Numbered from the whole stretch's first letter, positions 11,437 to 25,502 are shown. The stretch: 63,920 bases of DNA, filler included, from Atractiella rhizophila (GCA_021432655.1; 3 parts of 3 records of this genome joined end to end with filler, not necessarily neighbours in it), one strand, 5' to 3'. Numbers and translations: made by a program. Notes: generated by a model not told the origin, from the sequence alone.

Positions 11437-13598
11437 TCAGAATTCGAATCCATCCTTCCTGAACGAACCAATATCACCTCCAACTTGTGCCCGATCTGCG
11501 AGATCATGTCGTCCCTAATAAACTCGTCAATTGTTGTTGTTCAGCTGTGCCCTACGAATGGGACGAACCATGCAGAGAAAGGCTTTTCTGAGCGTCGCCC
11601 AAAGATTTTCACTCCCATCGCCGACTTGCAGGAGTTCACTTCCTTTTCCTTTGAGGACATCAGAGTTGGCGACATCTGATTTTTGTAGTTCCAATGCCGC
11701 GAGAAGATGCTCGGCCGCCTCATGAGGACAATTGATGTTGAGGCATGAGACACCAAGGTTGTCTAAGTTGTTGGAGTTATTGTAAAGTCAGTTTAAGCAG
11801 GGCGTCTAATGAGAAGGTGCGCACAGATTGCACGAGTGAACGTTGGCCGAAGCTCTAGCGCTTTCCTATAGGCATCGATGGCTAGTTCAGGTTCTCCACC
11901 ATTTGCCAACGTCGCTCCCATCCGATTCCATAGAGCGTAATCCTACCCTCCATTTAGCGCATCGAAAATAATAAGTGACAAAGACAAACCTGTGTGTCCA
12001 CCGCTAACGCAGCCTCGAAACAATCCTTCGCCTTCTGATAATCGCTGTTGGAGTAAAAGAGAACTCCCAACCCAACTTGCACCAGTTTGTCCATCGTTCC
12101 AGCAGCCCCTCCTCGTCTGGCAGCTTCAATATACAGTTCGCTCAACTTATCCTGGGCGGCCCATGGATTGGACGCATCGAAATCTTCCTTCCTGAAATTG
12201 GCCGCGATATCGGGGTATGTTAGCGACAGCCACTTCTCCAAGGCAGCAACAGATTTCGAATCCGCTCCTTCGTTGACATAGGAGATTGCAAGGTCGATCC
12301 AGGCGTTGTGTTTGTTGAGAAGGACAGCACGTTCAAACGCGTTGATCGCCAGCGTTTCTTTCTCATCCATCGCCCATACCCTCCCTAACAGCTCCCAGGC
12401 TTCCCCTCTCTCTTCGTCTCTCCGACAAGCTTCCTCCAACGCTGCGGCGACATCGCGGAGCGGTTTTCCTTCGTCCATCATGCGCACAGCTTCAAGATAT
12501 GGATCGACAGAGTCTTTGAACTGTTCTGTTGGAGAGTAGGGGTACGATTTCGAGACATTTGTCTGCAAGAGTGTGATGAGAGCGTCGCCAGAGATGGGAC
12601 CAAATGTGTGGTCGGAGTCGTTGAGGTTGAAATGATCTGCAAATTGAGAGCCGTATGTTTTCTCCCACTCTGCAAGATTACTGTCATCCTGCCGTAACAT
12701 GCTTTGGATGTCGTTCCAGGTCTTCTCAATTTCGGGATCTGCGCCAGGTTCCTATGCCACATCGATCGCGCAGTCAGTATGTGTCTAAATATCCAAAACT
12801 ACCACCGGTAGAAAGACGAACCTCAAGCTTAGAAAGATTAACGAGTTCCTCGGCAGTATGCCATTGCTCAGGCTGTTGTAAAGGTTGCTGTTGTTCCGTC
12901 TTGACCTCTTCCTGAAACTTGGCGAACTCATTCTCCCAATCTGTTTCCGACAGTTCAACCATCTTTCCCTTTCCCTTATCCATCGTTGTATCCTGCGAAA
13001 AATTCATCGTGCGTGCGGAAGCGTAAGCCGGGTTGGCGTAGAAAGGGGAATGCATAAGCGGGCTAGAAAAGGAGGACATTCCCATTCCCATTCCCATGCC
13101 CATGCCCATGCCCATGTAAGGAGACATTGTGTTCGTCATTACAGGTGCAGAAGATAGAGCTGCCGGAGCTTGAGACGCGATCGAAATTGCAGGATCAAGC
13201 AGTGATGCAGCTGGAGCACCGTTCATTGCTCGCAACCGCTCCTGATTGAATCGCTCAAATTCCATAGGATCAAACCCCGAGGGACCTACACCACATTACA
13301 ACAAAACCACATCATTTCCCACTTGAAAGCATAAGAAAGACGACGAACCATTCTCTTTCAGTTGCATCATCTCCATTTCCCTCCTCACATTTTCCATCTC
13401 CCAACCTTGATGCCCTAGAGACTGCTGCATAGGCATTCCAGGAGCGGCCCTAAACCCTTGGCCTGGTGCCTGTAGATTGCTGGGACCAGCAGCGGTGCCG
13501 GGAAGGTCTGGGTTCTGTGTGGTATGCTTGGTGAGCGAAGACAGTGGATTGACTGGTCCACAGTCGGCGCCTGACATAAGGAGAGATGGTAGAGACAT
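11437..13598 (-). CDS. PEX5: Peroxisomal PTS1 receptor Pex5 (TPR)
   Basis: N-terminal ADCGPVNPL (conserved Cys), WxxxF/Y motifs (WENEF, WEKTY), TPRs ([38 protein letters not shown]), ends ...DGFEF*. Confidence 0.93.
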
Positions 13599-13811
13599 TG
13601 TGTGGATCTTCTCTTGCTTGCTGGGACGCAGGAATTGGCTGGAGAGCTGAAATCGTCGTTTTGTGGTTCGTAGCAAGCTGATGAACCGGTTATGTGCGGT
13701 GGCGAAGAGCCGATCTCATGTCCCGACTCACGTGACTCACACCCAGGAGATGGCAAAGAGCAGATTTGCAGTAGAAATACAATTGAATAGCCTCACACAA
13801 ATAGACAAGCA

Positions 13812-15563
13812 TCACCGCAACCATGTAAGATATTTTATGTGCAACTTCTCCCAGCTGTTGCAGCAATAAAACCAGAAAGCGCCAAATGCTGCTCCTCCAA
13901 GATGTGCAGCATGGTTCAGGGCACTTGTAGCCTTCATCAGCCTCCGTCATCTTCTCCAACGGAGAAACGTACCTCCATCCCCTTATCAAACCTAAGAAAT
14001 CGACAGCGACTATGCCTGCCATCCCCCAAGTGATGGGTATCGGGAACCAAGGGAGGAATATGAGGGCAACGCTAGCTTCTGGTTTAGCTAAATGGCATCG
14101 TCAGCAAGGAGTAAGGAGTGAAAGAGATCATGAAGAAGCAGGACGAACCGAGAGCAGCAAAGCTCACGCACGCCATGATCGCCCCTGATGCACCCAAGGA
14201 AGGAAGGATTTGAAACCTCTTTACGAGAACTTGCCTAGTCTGTTCGGTTACATTCTTCAGTTGTGGTAAGCGTAGAAGTCGAGGCAGGCGATATAGGAGA
14301 TCCCAAGAGTGAGCGGCGTAGGATGCAGCAATGCCACCTTCGTTGTAGTTCAGTTCACAATCTGACACGTTGACAGGAGGAGACGTACCCATGACATAGA
14401 ATGCCAGGAAATGGTACTTCGACGAGGATTCGGGGAAGTATTTCGGCCCGACCTCTTTCTGTTCAGATGTTGATCCAAAGAAGGATTTGAGCTTCTCGAA
14501 GTCGTAATTAAAGAAGCTGTCTTCATCTACTGTCTTGCCTTTGGCGAGTCGATTATCAGGTTGAAGGTATGTGTGGACTACAGGACCGAAAGAGACTAGA
14601 GCAATAGAGTTGAAGGCAAAATGCCAAAAGGACTTGTGAGAGAAGGTGCTTGTGAACATGGTGTACGAGCGTCCGGAGAGGGGCCAGTGGGTGAAGCGAT
14701 TGAGCATTCCTTGAGTCCCTATCCTCCGTCCATGATACTAAGATGGTATTTCTCAAGAGAGTAAAAGGAAGCATACGACGAGGAATCTGCCAGAAGAAGA
14801 ATACGAGTCCATTGATTCCTACAATGGTGTAACACGTCCTCTCTGCCTCCGACTTCCTGGCCCACCACTCCCACGCTCGTTGGGACAGCGGCCGTAGACT
14901 GTTTGGTGTCGCATTGAGCGACTTGGCGAATAATAGTCGCACCGTTGGTATATAGAGATGATGATACTCCCACTCCCTCAGCTCCTTGCTCCTCTTCGCA
15001 TAATCCTTCTCGTCCACTAAACAATCCCTAACAAAGTCTTTCGCTCCAGAAGGTGATCGATCGTAGCCCAGGGAAGCAAGCATTTCCATACTTTTCAGAG
15101 TGTCCACCGAGGGAACAAAAGCAACTTTAGTTGTTAAATAGGATCGCGTCAAAGATTCTACGTAAGATTTGGAGAGAAGTGTATTGGTGGAACGAGCATC
15201 CGTCCATTCCATCGCCATTGCCAGCCCCAACGCACCTGCCAAAAGCGTCCAGACAAGCGGTCTGGCGAGGGATGGTCCGGCTTGTATAGGGGTAGGCGTA
15301 AGAGGTAAGCGTTCGATTGGTTGAGTTTCATCCTTCGGAGGAGGAGTAGGCTGAGGCAGTTGTGTCAAGAGGTCATTATATAATGGGTTCGACGGTTGAC
15401 GGTTCGGCTTTGGATCCGGAGGAGGGGAAATGTTAAATGGACGATTTCGAGGGAAGCTGGATAGAGATGATAATCGGAAAGAGCGCTGAAAAGTGGCGTT
15501 CCGCGTGTGGAATTGATGAAGGGGCGAAACCTTGGGCAAGAGGGGACGAAATTTGGTCGACAT
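13812..15563 (-). CDS. Mitochondrial rhomboid protease (Pcp1/PARL-like)
   Basis: Basic presequence, FTSTFSHKSFWHFAFNSIAL, catalytic SLGASGA, NHAAHLGGAAFG. Confidence 0.85.
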
Positions 15564-16763
15564 TTTTGTAGGAAGCAAGGGAGCTAAGGACCTGTCAATG
15601 ACGCTAAAATCAATAGAAGCTCAAAATATGTAGGACAGACGAACCAAAACCCCAGCCTTTACGAACAAAAAACTTGCCAAAATTGTGTGTGTTGGTACGC
15701 GTCTTCCCTACGGCTTTGTTCAGCTCGCTTTGTTCATCCTCCAAAGGAAACGCCGCTGGCCCCTTAGGTAAGGATTTTGGCCCGTGATGAAATATCAAGA
15801 GGACAATCATGATGACCTGATGACCATCTTCAGAAGATATTTGTGATATGTGTGCTTGGTGTCGAGTAAAAGGAGAACGCGATTCCGCGGATGACATATG
15901 ACTTTAGGCACATTCTGGGAGGTTCGATGTGTTCATTTGAGCATTGGTCCTTGCCAGATTTGGATGGCGTGCCAAAGTGGATAATCATTGTTCATAAATA
16001 GTGTGTTGTTTCAGGACACACCACCATACTCTGACTGTCGTTGTTGGGTTGCCGGACTTTTCAATCCTGTTGCTGTTGACGCGCTTAATGAAACCCATTT
16101 ACCATTTTGAATACCTAACGCTGCCAATGGCTAAATGCTGGTTCAAATGGAGCTGTAAGGTGAACGAGGGGTGGCGAATCAAGCGAGGGACATGATCAAA
16201 GTCCCGTTTTCCCGACAGTGCCTGTCTGGTTTGGTGGTTAACGTAACCTCGGCGAGGTTATTGATCTGTTGTTTGAGAGGTACTCTTTAGTCGCTACTTT
16301 ATTTGGAAGGAAAAGGTATCTCAACACGTAGCTCGATATATACATGAGAGACATAGAGGTGGGAGCGTTCTGAATTATGGTTATGGCAGCAATGCTGGTG
16401 CCGTCGAATGACATTCAACCAACACCATTGCACCATTTCAACCAACACCATTGCACGAACAACTCGGCGTAGTGAAACCGCCTTCAGACCTGTCCCATCA
16501 GCAGGAGTGATCACTTTTTCAATAATCGGACAAAGCGGGTAAGCGTCCAAGGAGCTTGACTAGTACCATAACCGTTTCACCGGAAGGGTCGTCACATTCC
16601 GATTTCGGCCTTTTGTAGCGTCGTGCTGGCTGGCTGTGGCTGCTGACGGGCTTTATAAAAGGGTGTCTACCTTCTATAAGAGCCCTTCATGAGGAGGCAA
16701 CTTCTACAATTCTTCACAATACCACTCCCAACACTTCGCGGCCACAACCGAACCTTTTTCACC

Positions 16764-17998
16764 ATGCATAAAGGGAATAAAGTGGATGTCATCGTCATTG
16801 GTGAGCCTTACTTTTTGTATCGCATAAGGGAGCTGAATGTTTGTCTCGTGTGGGCAGGTGGAGGACCAGCTGGTCTCTCTGCTGCAATCACACTCTCGAG
16901 AACCAAACGTACAGTGAAGCTTTTCGATTCACAGGTATACAGAAACGCAAAAGCGACCACCGCGAATAACTTCCCGGGACACGAAGGTGTTGACCCTGCT
17001 GTCTTCCGAGCAAAAGTGAGGGACGAATTGACTAGCAAGTAAGTCCACAAGTCGAGACCTGTTCCAAATATTGATCAGAGGGCTTAAGGTACTCTGAAAC
17101 CTTCTCTTATCTTGCTCGAGAGGCTCGATCTTTGGAACGCCTCGATACGACTGACCGTCACAAATTTCTTGTGAAGGATGACGCTTCCGAGTCGCATCTT
17201 GCGCGCAAGGTCATCCTCGCCACCGGCTTAGAGGACATCCTCCCTCCCATTCCCGGATTCGAACAAATTTGGGGAAAACAAGGGATCCATTGCGTCTTTT
17301 GCCACGGAACTGAAACTTCGGGGCAGTCGATCGCCGTCCTTCTTCCTACCACGATTATCCCTCTCTTTCCCATGCTCTCCCTAAAGTCATTCTTGGAGAA
17401 GTTTGCGAATTTGAAGAATAGTCCGGTTACGATCCTTGCAAATGGCTTGTTTGGGGAGGACGCGACTGGACCGACTGGAAGAGCAGATCTGGGTATATCC
17501 GAAGAATTCTTGAAAGTTTGTAAAGCAAGAGGGTGAGTACACGCGTTTTTGATGTGAGCGATGTGACATCTGGGTGTTGGCAGCTACAAATGGGACCTTC
17601 GACCGCTGAAAACTATTGATCCACCTTCCATGACTTCCAAAGACATAACCATCAACTTCACTTCCGGTCCATCGCTCTCCACTTCTTATGTCCTCTATAC
17701 TCCCCAAACACGTCCCTCAGCCGGTCTCACTACCCTTCTATCTCATGCATCGATCTCTGACCTGACTGATTCACTCTCTGAGCCGAACCCAATGCTCAAG
17801 GTCGACCTTGGCGAACTCCCTGTGGATGGGTTCTTTGGGAAGACAAAGACCGAAGGCATATTTGCTGCTGGCAATGCAGCTACGTTCATGGGCGCCAACG
17901 CGCAAGCTGTCTCGTCTGGTACAATGGCAGGTGTTGGAGCAGACACGGAGATTGGGTCTGAAGATATAGAAGATGAGCTGAAGGCTTTGGCTGTTTAA
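16764..17998 (+). CDS. FAD-dependent thioredoxin-reductase-like dithiol oxidoreductase (GliT/DepH-like)
   Basis: DVIVIG|GGPAGLSAA, ARKVILATG, HCVFCHG (CxxC), TKTEGIFAAGN. In-frame upstream ATG at 16689. Confidence 0.85.
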
Positions 17999-19088
17999 CT
18001 ACTTTTACCTCAAAAGAGGTCTTGCTTAGTGAATAAAGATGAGTTTGAAACGTGATTGAAAGCAATTGGTTCATGTCATACCTGAACTTTCAGAGCGTTG
18101 GACAGAAGAAAAACCAACATTCACACAACAGAAAACAACGATCGCTCATTTACGGCAACATCCTTGATGGATTGTTATAATACGTTATTATGGATAATGG
18201 TGAAATAAAACCCGACTCGTCAGCGTTTGCAATCTGTAATGGCAAGCAAATTTCGAATTTGAAGTCATTTCTAAGATTCGTGGTGCAAGAATCAGCAAAG
18301 AACGCCGCAAATCTCATCATCATCCTCCTACCCTACGCAGAATCGCATATCTTTCTTCTCAAATATCCCCAATATTTCTGTAGTTAGTAGCCTCTACGTA
18401 TTAGACGTACCATTGGGCTCTAAATGGACATCTCTGCGGCGCCTTCTTCCTGAAGAACAAGCAGCCCAAACCATCAAATTCTGCGACTTCTGTTCTGTTG
18501 GCCGAGGGTATTGCATTATCCTGTTAAATTCATTAGTTAGCGTCTTATTAGGAACAAGAAGCCAGCATCCATTTACATACAAAATCGACCTGATGACGTC
18601 GTCTTTCTGCTTGTCACCAGAAGCATCCCAAAGAGCCGCACCGGTTGGCCGTTGAAGGTTCCAGGGTTTTCTGAGACGGAATTTAAGAGAAACGACGTCA
18701 GAATCGGCTCCTCAAACACGCCTGAGTGATGTACCCTATGATGCTTTGCTTTTGACTTGATGGATTCAAGATTTGAACGATCAATTCATGCTCATTGTTC
18801 CAAGGCATTCTCATTTTTCACTTGTTTTTACCTCATTTTCTGACGTCCTCTCCACCTTTCACTATGCAAGCGAGAACACTATTACGAATTTTTACTTTTC
18901 CTCCGACAACTCATGATAACTCATGAACCTCCAGTTGCTACTTATCTAATTCTACAACTTGCGTTCAGGAAATAATCATCGACTCCAATGGAATCAGGCA
19001 TTGTCAACAGAAGTCGATGAGGCACGAGTCACGCTCCCCCTCAAAAGGGAGCCTTGGAGCCACATTGAATTGCCATGCTTTAACCGCC

Positions 19089-20009
19089 ATGCACCCCTTT
19101 TCGCATCTCACTAGAATTTCTTACGATGCAGAAACGCATGAACCATTTATTCCTCTCCCTGCGCCGTTGTCAGCCTATCGGATGTGTCCATGGCGCAGTG
19201 TGGAAGACGAAGCAGATGTGGAAGCCATGGTTGAGCTGTTGAACGACGAGCGAGGTACACCATAATATATATCTCTCGACAACATTCTCCCCTTTTCCAG
19301 CCTTTATTGGAGAGTTATGAAATTGAGATGCGCCGTGTTGTAGTGTTTAAAACATTGAGCGGCCCACCAAACCCTTTCGAGAGGGAACATGCACAATTTT
19401 GGATCGGAAGAAGGGATGAGGACACGAAGAAACTGGTCGAATTTCTTCGGGCGAACACTTTGGACGGATGCCGAAGAATAAGTGGTTCTGCTTTCGAGGT
19501 ATGATATTCCTGCTTGTTCGGCTGTCTGTACCCCACTGACTTCAATAATCTACATGTAAAGGTCATACGGTACTCCGCCGATCCCGATCGCGCAGGAGGC
19601 AAGCTGCTTGGAGTCGTATCTCTCGAGCTCGAAAAACACGATCTGCCAATAGCCAAAGGCTGGCCAGAGCCCTTCTTCCCTTCACTTGACTTCGCACGCG
19701 ATCAAGAATGGTGTTTTGGAGACTATCTCTCCCCTGATCACCACAACAAAGGCATCATGACCCAGTGCATCAAGACCCTATTCGAAGCGTATCTCATCCC
19801 GTTAATGGACGTCAGGTTGTTTCGGTTGAACGTGCATGAGGGGAATTGGGCGAGTCGGAGAGTCTTGTAAGCTGTTGGTGCTCTATGGTTGAGTGTATCC
19901 TGATACCTGTATATATAGCGAGAAGAATGGTTTTGAGGTCGTCGGAAGAAGTAAGAGGAGAGGTGAAGACGATGGGTGGCATTGGAACATGGAGTGGAGA
20001 AGAGACTGA
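19089..20009 (+). CDS. GNAT (RimJ/RimL-like) acetyltransferase
   Basis: EPFIPLPAP..., WCFGDYLSPDHHNKGIMT, VHEGNWASRRVL|EKNGF. Confidence 0.8.
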
Positions 20010-20344
20010 TTTTGTCCTTGATAAGCATGTCGAGTTGTATTGCTCCCCACCGGTACTACATGACATCTGATGTGATACACTGCGATACGCGGCCCTTTGT
20101 GACTTGCTTCATGCTTATCCAAGCGGAACAACATTGCACCGTCAAAGGCATCCAATGCTGGAAATGCCGAACACGGGATCTACAAAGGATATTCCCGCCC
20201 AGACCAGATTCTTGCGTCAGTGACGTCGACAATTCGACTTGGGATTCGCGCGACTGCAAAATGATGATAGCGAGAAGTATAAATGTTGAGACTTCGGTGT
20301 TGAGGGCTGTTACCCACTTTACGACCATTACGACTTGACGAATC

Positions 20345-23167
20345 ATGACGCTTCAACTTTTCTTCACCTTCCTTCTCGTCTGCACGGCAAACTCACAAAC
20401 CACACAACAGCCTAATCCCTGCGTGCGGTATGTTTTTCTTTCTGCCCCTTAGTCACACAACCAAAGCTTTAAAAGGACTTTGAATATTGAATGCTGATGA
20501 GTAGTGATGGTACAGATGGGGACAACAAAGTGCGCGCATCAACAACACCCTCTACGTCTACGGCGGACAAGCTCGATTAGAGCCAGGTCAGCAAAGTGGG
20601 ACGTGGACAAACGCCTTCCTCTCCCTACCACTCGATTCGAGCTTCTCAACCGGTTCTCCACCTCTCAAACAAATCTCACTCGACAACGCTAATCCCCCAG
20701 CTGTCTCCCTCGGCAGTCTCTTCTGTGGCCCAGAGGGGAGCCTCTTACAGTACGGTGGAGAGTTCTCGGATCAACCATATGTTCAACCGACCCAGGCACC
20801 GATCTGGAGGTGGGATGAAAGTGGAGGATGGAGGACGCAAACTTTGAATGGAGATGGAGAACTGGTCAGGATTGCGGAAGGTGCGGGAGCGCAGATGGAG
20901 AATGGTGGAAACGCATACTGTGAGCGAACTTATTTGTTCAGGACGAGTTGGCACAAGTATTGAGGGCGAACACAGATTTTGGAGGCCACATGGACTATAA
21001 CTCGGTGTATGGATGGTCCATCGACACTCAGCGAGTCTACACTGGTGGTCTCGTTGAATTCGACTTTCAAGCCGGGACTTATCAGAATCTTTCCGTCAGT
21101 TCCTTCCTCGTCTTCTTGGTCGCCGATTCACAGATGGAGTACAGACTGGCTCATCCAGTGATCCGGTCTACCGCGCAGACCACACGCTTACGTGGGTTCC
21201 ATCGGATGGTAAAGGCTTGCTGGTATCCCTGGGAGGAGGAAATGATCATTTGATCATTACAAACGACGTTCTCGACGGTCCGTGCTCACCCCTCAATCAC
21301 TCACTCCGCTTACCCCTTAATCTTGACCTCAGTGTACAACCTCAACACAAACGAGTGGGGAAAACAGCCGACGACCGGCGATACCCTGCCTCCTAGTAGG
21401 TATCTTTCGGTTCCTCTCTCACACACTAAGCAGCCTGATGTCAGGAACAAACCACTGTGCCGTCCTTGGGAAGAGCGGTGACAGGAACTTCCAGATCTTC
21501 GTATACGGAGGACAGAACGCGAATCAAACGGCACGCTATAGCGACGTCTACATCCTAGACATTCCTTCCTACAAGTTCGTTTTCCTTCTCCCACTGTGCT
21601 GAGATTGTGCTGATACGATTCGCAGGTGGACATATGTGGGAGACAACCTACCTGGTCACCCTGGTGTAAGAGTCGGTCATACCTGCGAGTTGGTGGGCAG
21701 GGAGATGCTCGTCGTTGGTGGATTGGTCGAGCAGGACCTCATGTGTGACCAGCCCGGAATCTAGTACGCCGCTTCAATCTTTCAATCCTTTCGATTTCAA
21801 GATGTTGATGGACTCTGGCAGCGTCTACGACGTGACTGCGAGCTCGTGGAAGACCACGTTCGACGGTAACACAGATTACAAATACCCAGAAATCCTAGCA
21901 AATGCGGGTGGTGATGGCGGAAATGGAGGTAGCGGTGGTGGAGAAGGCGGAAATGGTGGTGGTGGAGGTGGTGGAAATGGCGGAGGAGGAGATGGAGAAA
22001 TACATGGATCGAGCTCAAGCAACAATCGCGGGAAGATCGCAGCCGCAGTTGCAGGAGCTGTCGGAGGCGTACGTCGTTTTTCTTCCTTCGATGCCTCCTA
22101 GATAATCGACACTGCTGCTGCAGTTCATCCTCCTGTGCGCAGCTTTCTTTTTCTATCTGCGCCGCGATCGTTACCCGCGGACGCGCATCATGCTCCCCTC
22201 CTGGCTCGGTGGTCGTGAGGGCCACTCTTCAGGGCACCGTCGAATCTTTTCGTGGGACTCTGACATCGAATCTGTCACATCTGACGACGCTGATTCCTTC
22301 GTCCCTATCAACCGTTCCTCCCGACGAGCGAGAGAAATACACTCTGGCGGTATGGTTGGGTCCTTCTTCCTCCCCAGTGCCCTGCGACGACACGCTGCAG
22401 AGAGGGCTGAGAGGGAAGAACCTCCTATTAATGCAACAGCACCGACGAGAATGCCGGTGCCTGGTGCTGTATACCGAACCGATGTTGGCGAGGGCGACTC
22501 GTACGCTCATCCTTCCATTTCATCTATCCAGCCGAGCAGTGGAACGACTCTTGTCCAGTCCTCCGACAGCGCCCAACTACCCATGTGGGGAAGGAAAGAC
22601 AGTTCCTCTCAGATCCAAAGCATACCGACTTGGGTGCCACCTGATCCTGTCTCGTCGCATTCACACCTGTACCCAGCGTGGGGAAGACGTGAAAGCTCCT
22701 CTCAGGGCCATAGCAGTGGATCTCAACCTCAGTCCAATAGCCAAACAGACTCGTTCGACGGAAGCACAGGTCGAAAGCTCCCTTCGATCCAGACGCACCG
22801 TTCTAGCATGGAAAGCTTCCCACTCCCTCCAGCTACTTCCTCGCACTCCGCACCGTATCAAAAGTTGAAGAACGCCGGACCAGCAACCCGTACGAGTGAA
22901 CATCCAGAGGTGGGAGTGTGGCAGATCGGAGAGGACAACGATGGTCCTGGAGAAGGTAATGACCCTGAAGAGCTCACGAGGGATCATGATGTCGTGTGGA
23001 GCGGAGTGAGGATGGAAAAGAAACCGACTCTCAAGGTCCAAAATGTCACACCCGTGCGTCGTTGCTTTCCCCTTTGGTTTGAACAATCTGACTTTCGTCG
23101 ACAGATCCCCACGCCAGGCATGGCTCCGTCAGAAAGCAAAGAAGACCTTATACCATGTGCACCATAG
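20345..23167 (+). CDS. Signal peptide + kelch/beta-propeller + single TM + disordered cytoplasmic tail
   Basis: MTLQLFFTFLLVCTANS signal, LYVYGG, LLQYGG, YFGG, IFVYGG repeats, Gly-rich linker, IAAAVAGAVGG TM, Ser-rich tail (ORF 22190-23167). Confidence 0.8.
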
Positions 23168-24589
23168 TTATCGGCTGTCGGAATCTACAGTTGGACGTTT
23201 CTTGTGAATAATTACACATTTTGGGCTTTTGGTTTCCGTCAACGAGATAGGCAACATGGCAGAGCGATTATACTTTTCTGTCAACTTTTGGGATTTCCAT
23301 TGTACATTTATAGGATACTAGTCGCTTGGACCTATCGAGATTACTTTTGATGCACTTTACCATTTGATAGAGACCGTTGTCTGTCTGAGCCTTCCCGTTC
23401 GCCGTCATTGGGAAGGTCGCGCGATGTCGCGCGCGCAGATGTTGGTTGCAATGGGATTTGCGTTTGCGAACGGAGGCGGACAGCATTTGGGACGAGAAGA
23501 TAGATCTGCGAGCTGCTCAATTGCAGGCTCAATTGGCTCATAGAAGAAGAGAAGGACGCAGGCAACTAAAAGTGTCTCAGGCTGGCTATTAGTGGCTCCA
23601 AGAAACAGCGAGAGAATTCAGGCCAACGTGACACGGTGAGCATTACAACCAACACTTTACCATGTCAGCTTCATCTTTGAGCTTCCTATCTTATTTTGTG
23701 ATTTTTGGTTATCCTTTATGACAAGGACATCCTGAAGATAGGTGTCCCTTCGTCAACATCCCATGGGACGATTCGGCATCTCCTTAGCTTCAAATCCTAT
23801 CTGAGCGCGAGCTTTTCTCATTCTACTGTCAAGCCGAATTGCGTGCATTGTTTATTCATGAGCATCTTCTTAACTTTTGATTAGTGGATCGTAAAATCGT
23901 GCTCCTTCAAATTGGCGCATCTTTAAGACCCAAAGCGAGCGCTGACTTGCTCACTTTAGCGATAGCACTCACCCATTGGAATTTAAGATATACTTTCAAT
24001 CCAGCTCTTTGTTCAGCTGTACATCTGAGACTCAAGTCGCCATAATGGTCTGAGCGAGTCCTTCTCCATCTCTAGCCGGAAGGTTTGATGACCTAATAAG
24101 CAAGTCCTAATGGTTGATTCTAAAGCTCCTCCCCCAAAGAGTCCAGTTGCTTCTTTACCTTGAGTCCTGCATGCCACCTGTTGCTCTATGGGATCTATGA
24201 TTCGCCGTTTTTGTTGCCCATGTTGTCATCATACATTCAGACTCGGCAAAGGGGAGACAAACATTCTTTACCACTTTACACAATTGGCGTCGAACAAAAC
24301 AAGTTGGTGGGGACGCTAAGCTAAAGTCGCATTCTATTCTGTGCTGTAGATGCTTCTCCTGTGCTCCGTTGTTTACAGAATATGCCACTGTCTAACTCAA
24401 CTAGCGATGGATGAGGCAATATCTTCCAACAAGTACAGCCAGGCACAATGACAAGTTGATGAGCGTGTGAACCGCGAAGCAACAGAGACTGCAGTTTCTC
24501 AGGTCATCTCTGAGGATCACCATACGACGACTAGTGGCCATGTTTCACTGCTTTTCACTTCAGATCAGAGGCAATTTGCTGATTCGTCA

Positions 24590-25502
24590 ATGGAGTCCAG
24601 CTTCCCCCCTTCCATTTCACCAGCAGTCATGACCTCAAAGTTATTCGTGCCGCTGTCAATCTGCAATATCTTGCTGCTCGGTCGTCCAAGATCTGGGCGT
24701 GAAGCATTGCAGCGCCGGTTTTGTCTCGATTACTTTGACTTGGACACCCCTACAGGCGATGACAGCTTCCGTCGCATGTTAACGTTCGACAGTGATTGTG
24801 GAAATGTAGAAGAAAGATGTATCGTAGACCTGCTTAAGCTTACTCTCGACGACTTCATGTTCGTAGTCTCCTACATTCAGATGAGGTAGTCATATTTTTT
24901 TTTGTCGAAGGAGTGTAGACGATCCTGGTTGGGTCCGCGCGTTGTTTGAAAAAGTGGATGGATGTGTTTTCGTCTATGATATCACCGATCGGGAGTCGTT
25001 TCAGTTTGTGCAGTTGGCACATCAGTACTTTATCCAAGTTAAGGTCCGCTATGCTTGCTAAATAATCATCAAGCTGAGTGTGCTAACTTCTCGGTAGAAT
25101 GTAGACTGGGCTCCTGCCGTCCTTGTGGGTACTAAGGAGGATTTAATTGGTTTGAGAGAATTAGAATATTCTGGTGCGTCCTCTCCTGCTTCGTGGTAAG
25201 ACCTGGGTGAAGAGTCTTCGTTGTGTTTAAAGAGGGAAAGGAGCTAGCAAAGATTCTGGCCTGCCCTTTCTTTGAGGTTTCCGCATTAACGGGAGACGGA
25301 GTGGAGGCTGCTTTCCTGGAGCTTGTGACGGAGATTCGACGACACACTCACAGGGTGCGCACCTCGTCGTAGTCTTCAGGAGGAACTAAGTGGTTTATTG
25401 TAGGCAACAGCCAGTGTCCATGCGTCAAACTCCAAGAAAACGAAAACAGCTGTTTCATTTCAATTGAGATTAAAAAGGCTGTTTAGTCGCCTAAATAGTT
25501 AG
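24590..25502 (+). CDS. Divergent Ras-family small GTPase-like protein (4 exons)
   Basis: NILLLGRPRSGRE, DTPTGDDSFRR, DGCVFVYDITDRESF, VLVGTKEDL, EGKELAKILACPFFEVSALTGDGVEAAFLELVTEIR. Confidence 0.8.

Noticed and set aside
13076..13116. (CCCATT/CCCATG)n repeat
   Set aside because: Coding Gly-Met low-complexity tract within PEX5.
16689..20070. Secondary-metabolite cluster (oxidoreductase + GNAT)
   Set aside because: No backbone enzyme, transporter or regulator nearby, and the flanking genes are unrelated in function.
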